DNA of 64,000 bases from an uncultured Lachnospiraceae bacterium (lineage in GTDB: Bacteria; Bacillota; Clostridia; Lachnospirales; Lachnospiraceae), in the NCBI GenBank assembly GCA_910579425.1, contig CAJTVL010000016.1, positions 1,458 to 65,457 of the forward strand. The letters run 5' to 3'. The notes beneath the pieces are model-generated. The model made no database searches. It saw nothing but the letters and a program-made list of their open reading frames with translations, and was not told the origin of the DNA. Each line of letters opens with the position of its first letter. The first letter of the stretch is position 1. Below are positions 30,247 to 39,791 of this stretch, piece after piece. Both the position numbers and the translations under genes were made by a program.

Positions 30247-30402
30247 TACCGTCTGGTGAAGCAGGCTTCGGGGGATGCGCACGATTTTGCAAGGGTAAAT
30301 GCTGCGTTTCACGCAGCGCAAAATCGACTCAGTGAAGAAATTCACGAAGTAAATTTGTTCACTATCCCACAGGAGCGCGTTAAGCCGCATATGGAGGTTC
30401 TA

Positions 30403-31029
30403 ATGGAAAAGGATTACGAAAAGAGCAGCGATGAGGAACTCATCGTGCGTCTGCGGGACGGCGAGAGCGCCATTACGGACTACATCATGGACAAATACAA
30501 AAATCTGGTGCGCAGTAAGGCAAAATCCATGTATATCCTGGGAGCTGACAGGGAGGATCTGATCCAGGAGGGCATGATCGGGCTTTTTAAGGCCATACGG
30601 GATTACGATACGGGGCGGGACGCCAGCTTTTTTACCTTTGCCGACCTGTGCGTGTCAAGGCAGATGTATACGGCGGTTCAGGCGGCAGGACGGCAGAAGC
30701 ATGCGCCCTTAAATACCTATATCTCTCTTTATGCGGGCAGCGCGGAAAATGACGTAAGCGGCCGGGGGGAGGAATGGGAGCTGATGGACAGCCTGGCCTC
30801 CGGATTTGAAAAAAACCCCGAAGATTTGCTGATTGACAAGGAAAATGTGGAGCTTTTGGAGAAGGTGATCGAGCGGGAGCTGAGCAATTTTGAGAAGCAG
30901 GTGCTGGATCTGCATCTTACCGGTATGACCTACAGCCAGATCGCAAGGGTTCTGGGACGGGACGACAAGTCCACGGACAATGCCCTTCAGAGGATTAAGG
31001 CCAAGCTCAAACGCGCAATTCTTAAATAA
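30403..31029 (+). CDS. sigH: RNA polymerase sporulation sigma factor H
   Basis: DREDLIQEGMIGLFKAIRDY, RQKHAPLNTYISL, KSTDNALQRIK; GGAGG RBS; downstream of rlmB. Confidence 0.95.
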   Translation: MEKDYEKSSDEELIVRLRDGESAITDYIMDKYKNLVRSKAKSMYILGADREDLIQEGMIGLFKAIRDYDTGRDASFFTFADLCVSRQMYTAVQAAGRQKHAPLNTYISLYAGSAENDVSGRGEEWELMDSLASGFEKNPEDLLIDKENVELLEKVIERELSNFEKQVLDLHLTGMTYSQIARVLGRDDKSTDNALQRIKAKLKRAILK

Positions 31030-31065
31030 CCCTAAAGAAATAAAAATACAGTTAAAATTTAAGAG

Positions 31066-31129
31066 AGTATATTGACAGAAAAAGAGTTTGTCAATATACT
31101 TTTTCTGTGCCGACCGACTGGTCGGACGG
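31066..31129. promoter_or_regulatory. palindromic promoter/terminator plus TetR-type operator before RND gene
   Basis: AGTATATTGACA...TGTCAATATACT inverted repeat giving TTGACA-17-TATACT; CCGACCGACTGGTCGGACGG imperfect palindrome at 31110-31129. Confidence 0.7.
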
Positions 31130-31224
31130 AAAGGAAAACGGGCAATGTCTGTCTGGGTATGTATCTAGGCAGTAACGTTTTCGATAAGCAAAAAATGGGT
31201 GATAAAGAGAGGACATAACTACAT

Positions 31225-34200
31225 ATGCTATCAAAATTCAGTGTGAAGAAACCCTATACCGTACTGGTGGCGGTGGTGCTGGTGATTGTGCTGGGGGTCG
31301 TTTCCTTTATGAAAATGACCACAGACCTTTTGCCAAACATCAGCCTTCCTTATGTAATTGTAATGACCGCTTATCCGGGAGCCAGCCCGGAGACGGTGGA
31401 GATGGTAGTTACCAAGCCGGTGGAATCCTCCATGGCTACGGTGAGCAATATTGAGAGCATCAGTTCTGTCTCCAGCGAAAATTATTCCATGGTGGTGCTG
31501 GAATTTGCCCAGTCCGCGGATATGAACGCAGTGTCTCTGGAAATCAGGGAAAACCTGGATCAGATCAGGAGCTATTGGGACGATTCCGTCAGCAATCCTA
31601 TTATTATGAAGTTGAATCCGGATATGCTCCCGGTGATGATTGCGGCGGTGGGCGGCAGCAATATGGATTCCTCCGAGATTACGCTTATGACGGAGAATAC
31701 CATCATACCGGAGCTTGAGAGCATTGATGGCGTGGCCTCCGCCAGCGCAACCGGGCTTTTGGAGGAAAGCGTCAATGTAATTATCAGCCAGGAAAAGGTG
31801 GACAGGATTAACAAGCAGGTATTCGGATCCATTGATGAGGAAATAGACGAGGCAAAGGAAGAGCTGAACGAAAGTAAGGAGGAGGTCTATGACGGGCAGG
31901 AGGAGATCAGCAGTGCCCGCAGGGATTTGGAGGACTCCAAAAAAGAGCTTGCGGAGAAACGGCAGGAACTGGAGGATTCCAGGACAGAGCTGGAGGATTC
32001 CCGTAAGGAATTGGAGGACGGGGAGTCTGAAATTGCCGAAAACGAAGTGAAGCTGGAGGAAGGAAAGAGTGAGCTTGCCAGCCGTAAGGAGGAGACCACC
32101 CGCCAGCTTGCAGAGGCAGAGACTCAGCTTCTCACGGCCAAATCAGAGGCTGAGGCGGCGAAGATCCATGTAAAGCTGGAAATTGAAACCTTCAGAATGC
32201 TGCTGCAGGAGGCCGAAAAAGAACTGGAAAAAATCGAGACGGAGGGTTCCGCTCCGGAAGATACGCCCGAGATGGTTCAGCTTGGCGCGAATATCCAGGA
32301 AGGAAACGAGCTGGCCGGGCTGATCGAGGCCAAATATGGAGACGTGGAATACTCCCTGTGGGAGGAAGGGGACAGAGTCAGAATCGAGCAGTTTTTGTCA
32401 ACCAGCTTTGACGAGGGAACCGGAATGGGAGATGTGCTTTCCCTGATTTTTGAAGTAATACAGGGGTATGAGGGGCAGTATGACGTGTTGCTTGAAGCGC
32501 TGAAAAGCGGCCTTGAGCAGCAAAAGGCCCTGGCAATTGCCAAAGCCAAAGAGACCATAGCTTCTTACGAAGGAAAGATCGATGAGATGGAGGGGCAGAT
32601 TTCCGAGATCGACGAGGGTCTTTCTCAGATTGACGAGGGCTTGAGCCAGCTTTACAAGGGAAACCTGACGGCGGCTACGGAATTTGCCAATGCCCAGACC
32701 ACCATCAGTTTAGGGGAGCTGCAGCTTGGCACGGCCAAGGCGCAGCTCGAGGCCGGAAAGAGCCAGCTGGAAGCGGCACAGAAGCAGTTAGAGTCCGGGG
32801 AAGAGCAGCTTACAGCCGGAGAAGACCAGATCAAAGACGGGGAAGAGCAGTTAAACGACACTGCCAAGCAGTTAGAGGATGCTCTTGAACAGATTCTGGA
32901 GGGAGAAGAGCAGCTCGAGGAGAGCCGGGAGGAGGCCTACGACAAGGCGGACATGCACAGCATTCTTACGGTGGAGACTGTGGAAAAGCTGCTGATGGCT
33001 CAGAATTTTTCCATGCCGGCAGGGTATGTGACGGAAAACGGAATCTCCTACCTGATCCGTGTGGGAGATAAGCCGGAGAACATGGAAGAGCTGAAAAAGA
33101 TGCCTTTAATGAATCTGGAAATGGACGGTGTGGATGTGATCACGCTTGGAGATGTGGCGGATGTGTTCATGACCGATAATTCCGGGGATATTTACGCCAA
33201 TGTGAATGGAGCGCCGGGCATTATGGTGACCCTGCAGAAGCAGACAGGGTATTCCACCGGGGATGTGTCGGACCGGATTTTAGAGAAGTTTGACGAACTT
33301 ATGGAGGAAAACGAGGATTTGATGCTGATTACCCTGATGGATCAGGGAATTTACATCGACCTTGTGATGGATTCCATTTTAAATAATATCCTTTTTGGAG
33401 CAGTGCTTGCAATCCTTATACTGATCATTTTCCTGAAGGATCTGCGGCCCACTGCCGTGATTGCCTTTTCCATCCCCATCAGTCTGGTGACGGCCATCGT
33501 CTGCATGTATTTTTCGGGCGTTACGCTGAACGTGATTTCCTTGTCCGGTCTGGCTTTGGGAATTGGTATGCTGGTGGATAATTCTATCGTGGTGATTGAA
33601 AATATCTACCGTCTCAGGAAGGAAGGGCGCCCGGCCCGGGAGGCAGCAATCGAGGGGGCAGGGGAAGTGGCGGGAGCCATTATGGCCTCCACCCTGACCA
33701 CGGTGTGCGTATTTTTGCCCATTGTGTTTACGGAGGGGATTACGAGGCAGCTCTTTGTGGATATGGGGCTGACCATTGCCTACTCTTTGCTGGCCTCTCT
33801 GGCGATCGCCCTTACGGTGGTTCCGGCTATGGCCTCCAAGGCGCTTATAAAGACCAGGGAAACCACAGACGGGAAGTTTTTTACGAAGCTTGCGGATGTT
33901 TATGAAAAGGTTCTTTCCCTGGCCCTTAGATGGAAGCCCCTTGTGCTGCTTTTGGTAGTGGCGCTTCTGGGAGTCAGCGCCTATGCTTCCTATTCCAAAG
34001 GAACCGCCTTTATGCCGGATATGGACAGTACTCAGTTTAACATGTCAATTACCCTGCCCAAGGATACCCCTCTCTCAAAGACGGCGGAGGTAACGGATGA
34101 GGTGGTGAACCGGCTTCTTGCAAGGGAGGATGTGTCCGATGTAGGGGCAATGGCATCCTCATCCTCTATGACCATGCTTACCGGGGGAGGAAATACTGCT

Positions 34201-35523
34201 ACCAATGCAACCACCCTTTACCTGGCCATGCGCGAGGATAAGGAGAAGTCCAATGAGGTGATTGCCGACGAGATCATGGAAGGACTGGCGGATATCATCG
34301 AGGAATATGAGGCGGAAATTGTCATTGACACTTCCTCTATGGATATGAGCGCTATGGGAGGAAGCGGTATCACGGTGCAGGTCAGAGGACGTGATCTGGA
34401 CCGGATGCAGGAGATTGCCATGGATATTGCGGCAATTATTGAGGGCGTGGAGGGAACGGAGAATGTTTCCGACGGTTTGGAGGAATCCACGGGAGAACTG
34501 AGGGTTTTGGTGGACCGGGACAAGGCCATCGAGCATGGAATGACTGTGGCGGAGATCTTCAGTCAACTTTCCGAAAAGCTGGCGGAGAGTACCAGCGCCA
34601 CGACCCTGGAAACTGCCGACAACGAATTTGGTGTTTTTGTAAAGCATGGCACAGACATTTCCCTTACCAGGGAACTGGTCAAGGATGTGGTTTTGGAGAG
34701 AACCAAACAGGACGGCACCAAGGAGAAGATCCCTCTTTCGGATGTGGCGGATTTTGAGAATACCATTTCGTCCAATTCCGTCAACCGCGCCGATCAGAAC
34801 CGGTATATTGCGGTGTCCACAGAGATTGCCGACGGCTACAATGTGGGGCTGGTTTCGGACAACATAGAAAGGGAACTGGACAAATATGAGGTGCCTTCGG
34901 GCTACAGCCTTGTGATGAGCGGTGAGAACGAAATGATCACGGATGCCATGGAACAGCTTTACCTGATGCTTTTGCTGGCGCTGATCTTTATGTATTTGAT
35001 TATGGTGGCTCAGTTCCAGTCGCTGCTCTCCCCGTTTATCATCATGTTTACCATCCCCCTTGCCTTTACCGGCGGATTTCTGGGACTGGTGATCAGTGGA
35101 AGCGAGCTCAGCGTCATTGCATTGATCGGGTTTGTAATGCTTTCCGGTATTATTGTAAATAATGGTATTGTGCTGGTAGATTATGCCAATCAGCTTCGCC
35201 GTGAGGGGATGGGCAAAAAGGAAGCCCTTCTGGAGGCGGGCAGAACCAGGCTGCGTCCGGTGCTTATGACGGCCCTGACCACGATCCTGGCCCTTTCCAC
35301 CATGGTGTTCAGCCACGATATGGGCTCTGAGATGGGAAAGCCAATGGCCATCGTTACCATCGGCGGACTGACCTATGGCACGGTGCTTACCCTGGTGGTA
35401 ATTCCCTGTATTTATGATATATTCCAAAGAGAAAATTCTCTAAGAGAAAATTTTCTAAAAGAAAAGAAGAGTTCCGGCGAAGCAGAAATTTCCGCTTCGG
35501 GAAAGAGTAATGAGGAGGGGTAA
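31225..35523 (+). CDS. AcrB/AcrD/AcrF-family RND transporter with long coiled-coil insertion
   Basis: YPGASPE, GMLVDNSIVVIENI, GIIVNNGIVLVD, RLRPVLMT; acidic heptad insert of several hundred residues. Confidence 0.93.
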   Translation: MLSKFSVKKPYTVLVAVVLVIVLGVVSFMKMTTDLLPNISLPYVIVMTAYPGASPETVEMVVTKPVESSMATVSNIESISSVSSENYSMVVLEFAQSADMNAVSLEIRENLDQIRSYWDDSVSNPIIMKLNPDMLPVMIAAVGGSNMDSSEITLMTENTIIPELESIDGVASASATGLLEESVNVIISQEKVDRINKQVFGSIDEEIDEAKEELNESKEEVYDGQEEISSARRDLEDSKKELAEKRQELEDSRTELEDSRKELEDGESEIAENEVKLEEGKSELASRKEETTRQLAEAETQLLTAKSEAEAAKIHVKLEIETFRMLLQEAEKELEKIETEGSAPEDTPEMVQLGANIQEGNELAGLIEAKYGDVEYSLWEEGDRVRIEQFLSTSFDEGTGMGDVLSLIFEVIQGYEGQYDVLLEALKSGLEQQKALAIAKAKETIASYEGKIDEMEGQISEIDEGLSQIDEGLSQLYKGNLTAATEFANAQTTISLGELQLGTAKAQLEAGKSQLEAAQKQLESGEEQLTAGEDQIKDGEEQLNDTAKQLEDALEQILEGEEQLEESREEAYDKADMHSILTVETVEKLLMAQNFSMPAGYVTENGISYLIRVGDKPENMEELKKMPLMNLEMDGVDVITLGDVADVFMTDNSGDIYANVNGAPGIMVTLQKQTGYSTGDVSDRILEKFDELMEENEDLMLITLMDQGIYIDLVMDSILNNILFGAVLAILILIIFLKDLRPTAVIAFSIPISLVTAIVCMYFSGVTLNVISLSGLALGIGMLVDNSIVVIENIYRLRKEGRPAREAAIEGAGEVAGAIMASTLTTVCVFLPIVFTEGITRQLFVDMGLTIAYSLLASLAIALTVVPAMASKALIKTRETTDGKFFTKLADVYEKVLSLALRWKPLVLLLVVALLGVSAYASYSKGTAFMPDMDSTQFNMSITLPKDTPLSKTAEVTDEVVNRLLAREDVSDVGAMASSSSMTMLTGGGNTATNATTLYLAMREDKEKSNEVIADEIMEGLADIIEEYEAEIVIDTSSMDMSAMGGSGITVQVRGRDLDRMQEIAMDIAAIIEGVEGTENVSDGLEESTGELRVLVDRDKAIEHGMTVAEIFSQLSEKLAESTSATTLETADNEFGVFVKHGTDISLTRELVKDVVLERTKQDGTKEKIPLSDVADFENTISSNSVNRADQNRYIAVSTEIADGYNVGLVSDNIERELDKYEVPSGYSLVMSGENEMITDAMEQLYLMLLLALIFMYLIMVAQFQSLLSPFIIMFTIPLAFTGGFLGLVISGSELSVIALIGFVMLSGIIVNNGIVLVDYANQLRREGMGKKEALLEAGRTRLRPVLMTALTTILALSTMVFSHDMGSEMGKPMAIVTIGGLTYGTVLTLVVIPCIYDIFQRENSLRENFLKEKKSSGEAEISASGKSNEEG

Positions 35524-35526
35524 CAT

Positions 35527-36150
35527 ATGGAGGGTACCAAGCAGCCGCCGAAGGTGAAAGCGGTTTATCAGGCCGTGATTGCACTGTTTGCAGAGGGAGC
35601 GGATTTAAACAGCCTTACTGTGGCGGAGATTGCCGAAAAGGCGGGAATCGGAAAGGGCACGGTTTATGAGTATTTTAAAAATAAGGAAGAGATGATTGCC
35701 GGGGCGCTTTTCCAGCAGATGAAGGAATGCTGTGAAAGTCTCTATGAGAAAATCAGTCAGAAGAAAAAACTCTATGATAAGTTTATGATTATCCTCACCA
35801 ATATGGAAAAAGAAATGACCGAGATCACCTTTTTTATCCGGGGATTGTATGTGTTGGTGGATCACTCTGCGGTCAGTGGCAGGCTGCGGGAGCTGTGGAG
35901 AGTCAAGGGAAAAGAGGAGGTGCCGGTGATTGAACTGATGCAGCGTATCATTGGCGGCGAGGGCGGTGAGGTTGGACAAATGGGAGAGGCGGACAGAGAC
36001 TATCTGGTTATGACGGTCTTATCCAGAGTGGTCTGCTATGCCCTTTATCAGTTTGACTTCGAAGAACGGCTGGAGGTGGACCGCAAGACCATGCGGGAGC
36101 GGCTTTGTATGGATATGTGCAGGGATGTGGAAAGGGCTAAGGGAAAGTAG
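35527..36150 (+). CDS. TetR/AcrR family regulator
   Basis: TVAEIAEKAGIGKGTVYEYFKNKEE. Confidence 0.92.
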   Translation: MEGTKQPPKVKAVYQAVIALFAEGADLNSLTVAEIAEKAGIGKGTVYEYFKNKEEMIAGALFQQMKECCESLYEKISQKKKLYDKFMIILTNMEKEMTEITFFIRGLYVLVDHSAVSGRLRELWRVKGKEEVPVIELMQRIIGGEGGEVGQMGEADRDYLVMTVLSRVVCYALYQFDFEERLEVDRKTMRERLCMDMCRDVERAKGK

Positions 36151-36152
36151 GT

Positions 36153-36220
36153 TTGGAAATTTGTTATATTATAGGAGCCGGGGAATTCGGGGACGGAACC
36201 TTCCGGCCGGCAGAGGAGGC
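36153..36220 (+). pseudogene. 5' stub resembling thiamine diphosphokinase
   Basis: MEICYIIGAGEF matches the typical N-terminus of clostridial thiamine pyrophosphokinases; similarity is lost after about 22 codons. Confidence 0.45.
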
Positions 36221-36339
36221 AGGCTTTCGGTGCGGGAGGGAACGCTGCTTTTGGTCAGAGAAGAGGTTTGACATTTTCATGGCAAAAGAGTATGCTTTTG
36301 AAGATAAAAAGCAGTGGCGGGAAGGATACAGACAGTAAA

Positions 36340-37938
36340 ATGGAAAATAAGAGTATTTTAAGAAATAAGTGTTATTTATACCTGACGGAATTTTTTGCCG
36401 GGATGAGTGTGATGGCGGTGGAGATGGGAGCCAGCAGGCTCCTTGCGCCATACTTTAGTTCCTCTCAGATTGTCTATACGATTGTAATCGGAACCATCAT
36501 GATCGCCATGGCCCTGGGAAATGTGTGGGGCGGGCGCAGCGCAGATAAGGACCCAAACCCGGACAGGCTCTATTGGAGGATACTGGTGGCGGCGGTATGG
36601 ATCGCAGCCATCCCCCTGGTTGGGAAATATGTGATTCTGGGCGTTTCGGGGCTTTTGATTCTCACGGTGAGCAACAACTTTCTGGTGCTGGCCGCCTTTA
36701 TCGCCTGTATGGTGATTTTTGTGTTTCCCCTGTTTTTGCTGGGAACGGTGACGCCCTGTCTGGCCAAATATACGGTGGGAAGCCTGGACGAGAGCGGGAA
36801 GATTGTAGGAGCCCTGGGAGCCTTTAATACCATCGGAAGCATTCTGGGCACCTTCCTGCCCACCTTTGTGACCATCCCCCAGGTGGGAACCTCGGTGACC
36901 TTTCTGATCTTCTCCGGGGTGCTGCTTTTGCTGGCGCTGGTTTATTTTGTCAACAGGAAATCAAACCGGGCGGGGATGGCGGCGGCTGTGGTTTTGTTTG
37001 TGCTATGCAGCCTGTTTGGCCATTCGGACAGCTTTGCATTCTGGGAGAAGGAGCTGGCCTACGAGGGAGAGTCCATTTATAATTATCTTCAGGTAAAAGA
37101 AAGTGACAACAGTGTCATTTTATCTACCAATGTACTCTTCGGCGTGCAGTCCATTTTGAAAAAGGACGATTCCCTGACAGGGATGTATTATGACTATGCC
37201 CTGGCGGCGCCCCTGATGACCCAGGGCGGAGGGGCAGAGAAGGAAGTTCTTATCCTGGGGATGGGAACCGGAACCTATGCCAGGCAGTGCCGGAAATATT
37301 TTGAGGGCGTTTCGGTGGAGGGCGTGGAGATCGACGCCAAAATCACCGACCTGGCCCACCGCTATTTTGAACTGCCCAGGGAGGTGAAGGTGACGACCTA
37401 TGACGGAAGGGCGTATCTTCAGGCGGTGGATCAAAAGTATGATGTGATCATGGTGGACGCCTATCAGGACATTACCATTCCTTTTCAAATGTCCTCAACG
37501 GAGTTTTTCGCCATGGTGCGGGATCACCTGAAAGAGGACGGCGTGATGGTGGTGAATATGAATATGCAGTCCGGTGAGGAGGGAAGCATCAATCAGTATC
37601 TGACGGATACGATCTCAAGTGTGTTTGATACGGTTTATACGGTAAACGTTGCGGGCTCCACAAACCGGGAATTATTTGCATCTTCCAACGGCCGGATAAG
37701 AGAAGTGTTGGTGGAAAATACCGGGGAACTTTCGGATCCGGAGCTTCGGGCTATGATGGAGCGGGTATCGGAAAATCTGCAGGAGTGCGAAAAGGGCCGG
37801 CATATCCTCACCGACGATAAAGCACCGGTGGAGCTTTTGGGAATGCGGGTGATCGACCAGATGATCCGGGATGAGATCGGGTATTATAAGGAGATTTTTA
37901 AGGAGCAGGGGCTGGAGGGGCTGCTGAATTCCATGTAG
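36340..37938 (+). CDS. fused membrane domain / spermidine synthase-like methyltransferase
   Basis: N-terminal multi-TM region (EMGASRLLAPYF); ILGMGTGT, VEID, DGR, DVIMVDAY SAM-binding motifs. Confidence 0.9.
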   Translation: MENKSILRNKCYLYLTEFFAGMSVMAVEMGASRLLAPYFSSSQIVYTIVIGTIMIAMALGNVWGGRSADKDPNPDRLYWRILVAAVWIAAIPLVGKYVILGVSGLLILTVSNNFLVLAAFIACMVIFVFPLFLLGTVTPCLAKYTVGSLDESGKIVGALGAFNTIGSILGTFLPTFVTIPQVGTSVTFLIFSGVLLLLALVYFVNRKSNRAGMAAAVVLFVLCSLFGHSDSFAFWEKELAYEGESIYNYLQVKESDNSVILSTNVLFGVQSILKKDDSLTGMYYDYALAAPLMTQGGGAEKEVLILGMGTGTYARQCRKYFEGVSVEGVEIDAKITDLAHRYFELPREVKVTTYDGRAYLQAVDQKYDVIMVDAYQDITIPFQMSSTEFFAMVRDHLKEDGVMVVNMNMQSGEEGSINQYLTDTISSVFDTVYTVNVAGSTNRELFASSNGRIREVLVENTGELSDPELRAMMERVSENLQECEKGRHILTDDKAPVELLGMRVIDQMIRDEIGYYKEIFKEQGLEGLLNSM

Positions 37939-37966
37939 GAGGGGATTGAAACCCCTCTTTCTTTTT
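37937..37966 (+). terminator. intrinsic terminator
   Basis: GAGGGG-ATTGAAA-CCCCTC followed by a T-rich tract. Confidence 0.6.
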
Positions 37967-37994
37967 GGTTTAATAAGACGGTTTGAGGAGCGGT

Positions 37995-39237
37995 CAGCTC
38001 TGACGCTAAAAAAATTCCTCACAAAAAAACCTCCCATTTTATGGGAAAATGCGAGATAATAGAATTAACTACAAAACTATTTTTTTGCACACCCATAAAA
38101 GAGAGGAGGTTTTACAATGAAGCAAGGCAGGTTATCATAGACGGGACGCAGCTTTACAGCACCCAGAGGGAATTAGATGGGAAGGGCCTGCACCGGACGC
38201 ATAACAGAGGGACGGAAAAAGAATACCAGGAGAACTATTATTATGTGCTGGAGGCGAAGCTGGTGCTGCATCGGAAAATCCTCATAAGCATCCAGACGGA
38301 ATTTGTAGACAATGAAGATGGAAAAGAGATGGGGAAACAGGACTGCGAAAGGAAAGCTTGCTGGCGTTTGATGGAAAAGGTGAAAAAAGCGTTCCCAAGG
38401 CTTCCTATCTGCCTGTGCGGGGATAGTTTGTATGCATGTGAAGGCTTCTTTGGAAGATGCGGGAGAAAAAACTGGCGGTATATTGTGCGTTATAAGGAAG
38501 GGAGTATCCCGAGCATTGCAGGGGAATACAGGAAGCTGAAAAGATTGGAAAAGAATTACCAGGAACGGATGGGGGAGACTGGGAAGAACTGGTATGATTA
38601 TATAACAGATATAGATTATAAAGGGAATAAGGTAAATTTGGCGGAATATGGGGAAAGCAGGGAGCGTGTATACAAAAAGGGGAAGAAAAAAGGGGAAATA
38701 CAAACAAGCTGGAAAGAATTCTGGTTCCTGACGGATTTGCCAGTCACAAGAAAAAATATAACCGATCTGATAGAGCGGGGAAGGATGAGATGGAAAATAG
38801 AAAATGAGGGGTTCAATGCGCAGAAAAAACATGGATACGGCCTGGGGCATCTGTACGGCAAGGATTATCAAGGGTTGAAAAACCATTATTACCTGCTGCA
38901 GGTGGGGCATATGATAAGCCAGTGTATGGAGGCGTGGGAAAAGATATGGAAGAAAGTGAAGCAGAGTTTAGGGCAGAAACACAGGAGACTACTGGAATGC
39001 ATGAAGGAAACGCCGCTGGAAGAGCATAAGGACGGGATGGAGAGAAAGATACAAATACGGTTTATATAGAGACAGTCAAGGAAAGGTGGTGGTAAAGAAA
39101 CTGGTGAAAAACAAAAAGAAGAAAAGCAAGGTATAGGGATTTTATTGTTTAAAATAAGGATAGATTGTCAACTTAGTATAAAAAATAGAATTCCATTTGC
39201 CTTGGAAGGGTAAATATAAATTTAAGCGTCAATGCTG
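37995..39237 (+). mobile_element. insertion sequence (DDE; ISAs1-like ends), internally deleted
   Basis: Imperfect TIRs CAGCTCTGACGCTAAAA / TTTAAGCGTCAATGCTG; exact 10-bp target duplication GAGGAGCGGT at 37985-37994 and 39238-39247. Confidence 0.9.
38117..39069 (+). pseudogene. DDE transposase, N-terminally deleted/frameshifted
   Basis: IIDGT, GDSLY, RWKIENEGFNAQK catalytic motifs; the RBS-preceded ATG at 38117 is out of frame and stops at 38140. Confidence 0.8.
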
Positions 39238-39255
39238 GAGGAGCGGTTAATAAAC

Positions 39256-39284
39256 TTGTACTTATTTTACAAAAATGCTATATT
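39256..39284 (+). promoter_or_regulatory. putative promoter of HEPN-ATPase operon
   Basis: TTGTAC-17 nt-TATATT with an extended TG motif. Confidence 0.55.
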
Positions 39285-39325
39285 AAAAAGTATAGTTCAA
39301 ATGAAAAAACAATGAGGTGTCAGCT

Positions 39326-39790
39326 ATGCCGAATATGAGACAGACGGACTATTTGTCTACTTTGCAGCGTATGTATAAAGATGCAAAAATGTTGTGTGAT
39401 AATAAAGAGTACTATAATAGTTGTTATTTGGCAGGATACGTGTTGGAATGTGCTTTGAAATATATCTTAATGAATTATGGAGAGAAAGCAAATGGGGAAA
39501 AATATACGTTGGATGAACTTAAAGGAGCAGCACACAATACAGTAAAATTAAATAAATACCTGGATGATTGGTTATCAATGGCAGAGGGGATTGAAGCCAG
39601 ATACCGTTTTGACAGCAGGGTAATTTGTCCCCATATTTTTATAGGAGAGGGAGGTTATCCCAAATGGGATCCAAAGTACCGGTATGGAGAACATCCTCAG
39701 TGGGAAAGTGAGTCTTTCTGTCAAAAATACATTTGTGATATAGAGAATATATTTCGTTTTATATCAAATGTAATTATAGGGGGGAATTGA
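39326..39790 (+). CDS. HEPN domain protein
   Basis: YNSCYLAGYVLECALK helix, HNTVKL, WDPKYRY match the classical HEPN pattern; GAGGTG RBS. Confidence 0.8.
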   Translation: MPNMRQTDYLSTLQRMYKDAKMLCDNKEYYNSCYLAGYVLECALKYILMNYGEKANGEKYTLDELKGAAHNTVKLNKYLDDWLSMAEGIEARYRFDSRVICPHIFIGEGGYPKWDPKYRYGEHPQWESESFCQKYICDIENIFRFISNVIIGGN

Positions 39791-39791
39791 T

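Noticed and set aside
30256..30402. N-terminal extensions from the ORF track (sigH, also ispF, trxA, cysS, rlmB, tetR, GH43, GH2)
   Set aside because: Downstream starts have clear RBSs and match family N-termini
38041..38116. ATG 38041 as transposase start
   Set aside because: No RBS; it lies in the IS left-end/promoter region, and the RBS-linked ATG is at 38117 in another frame
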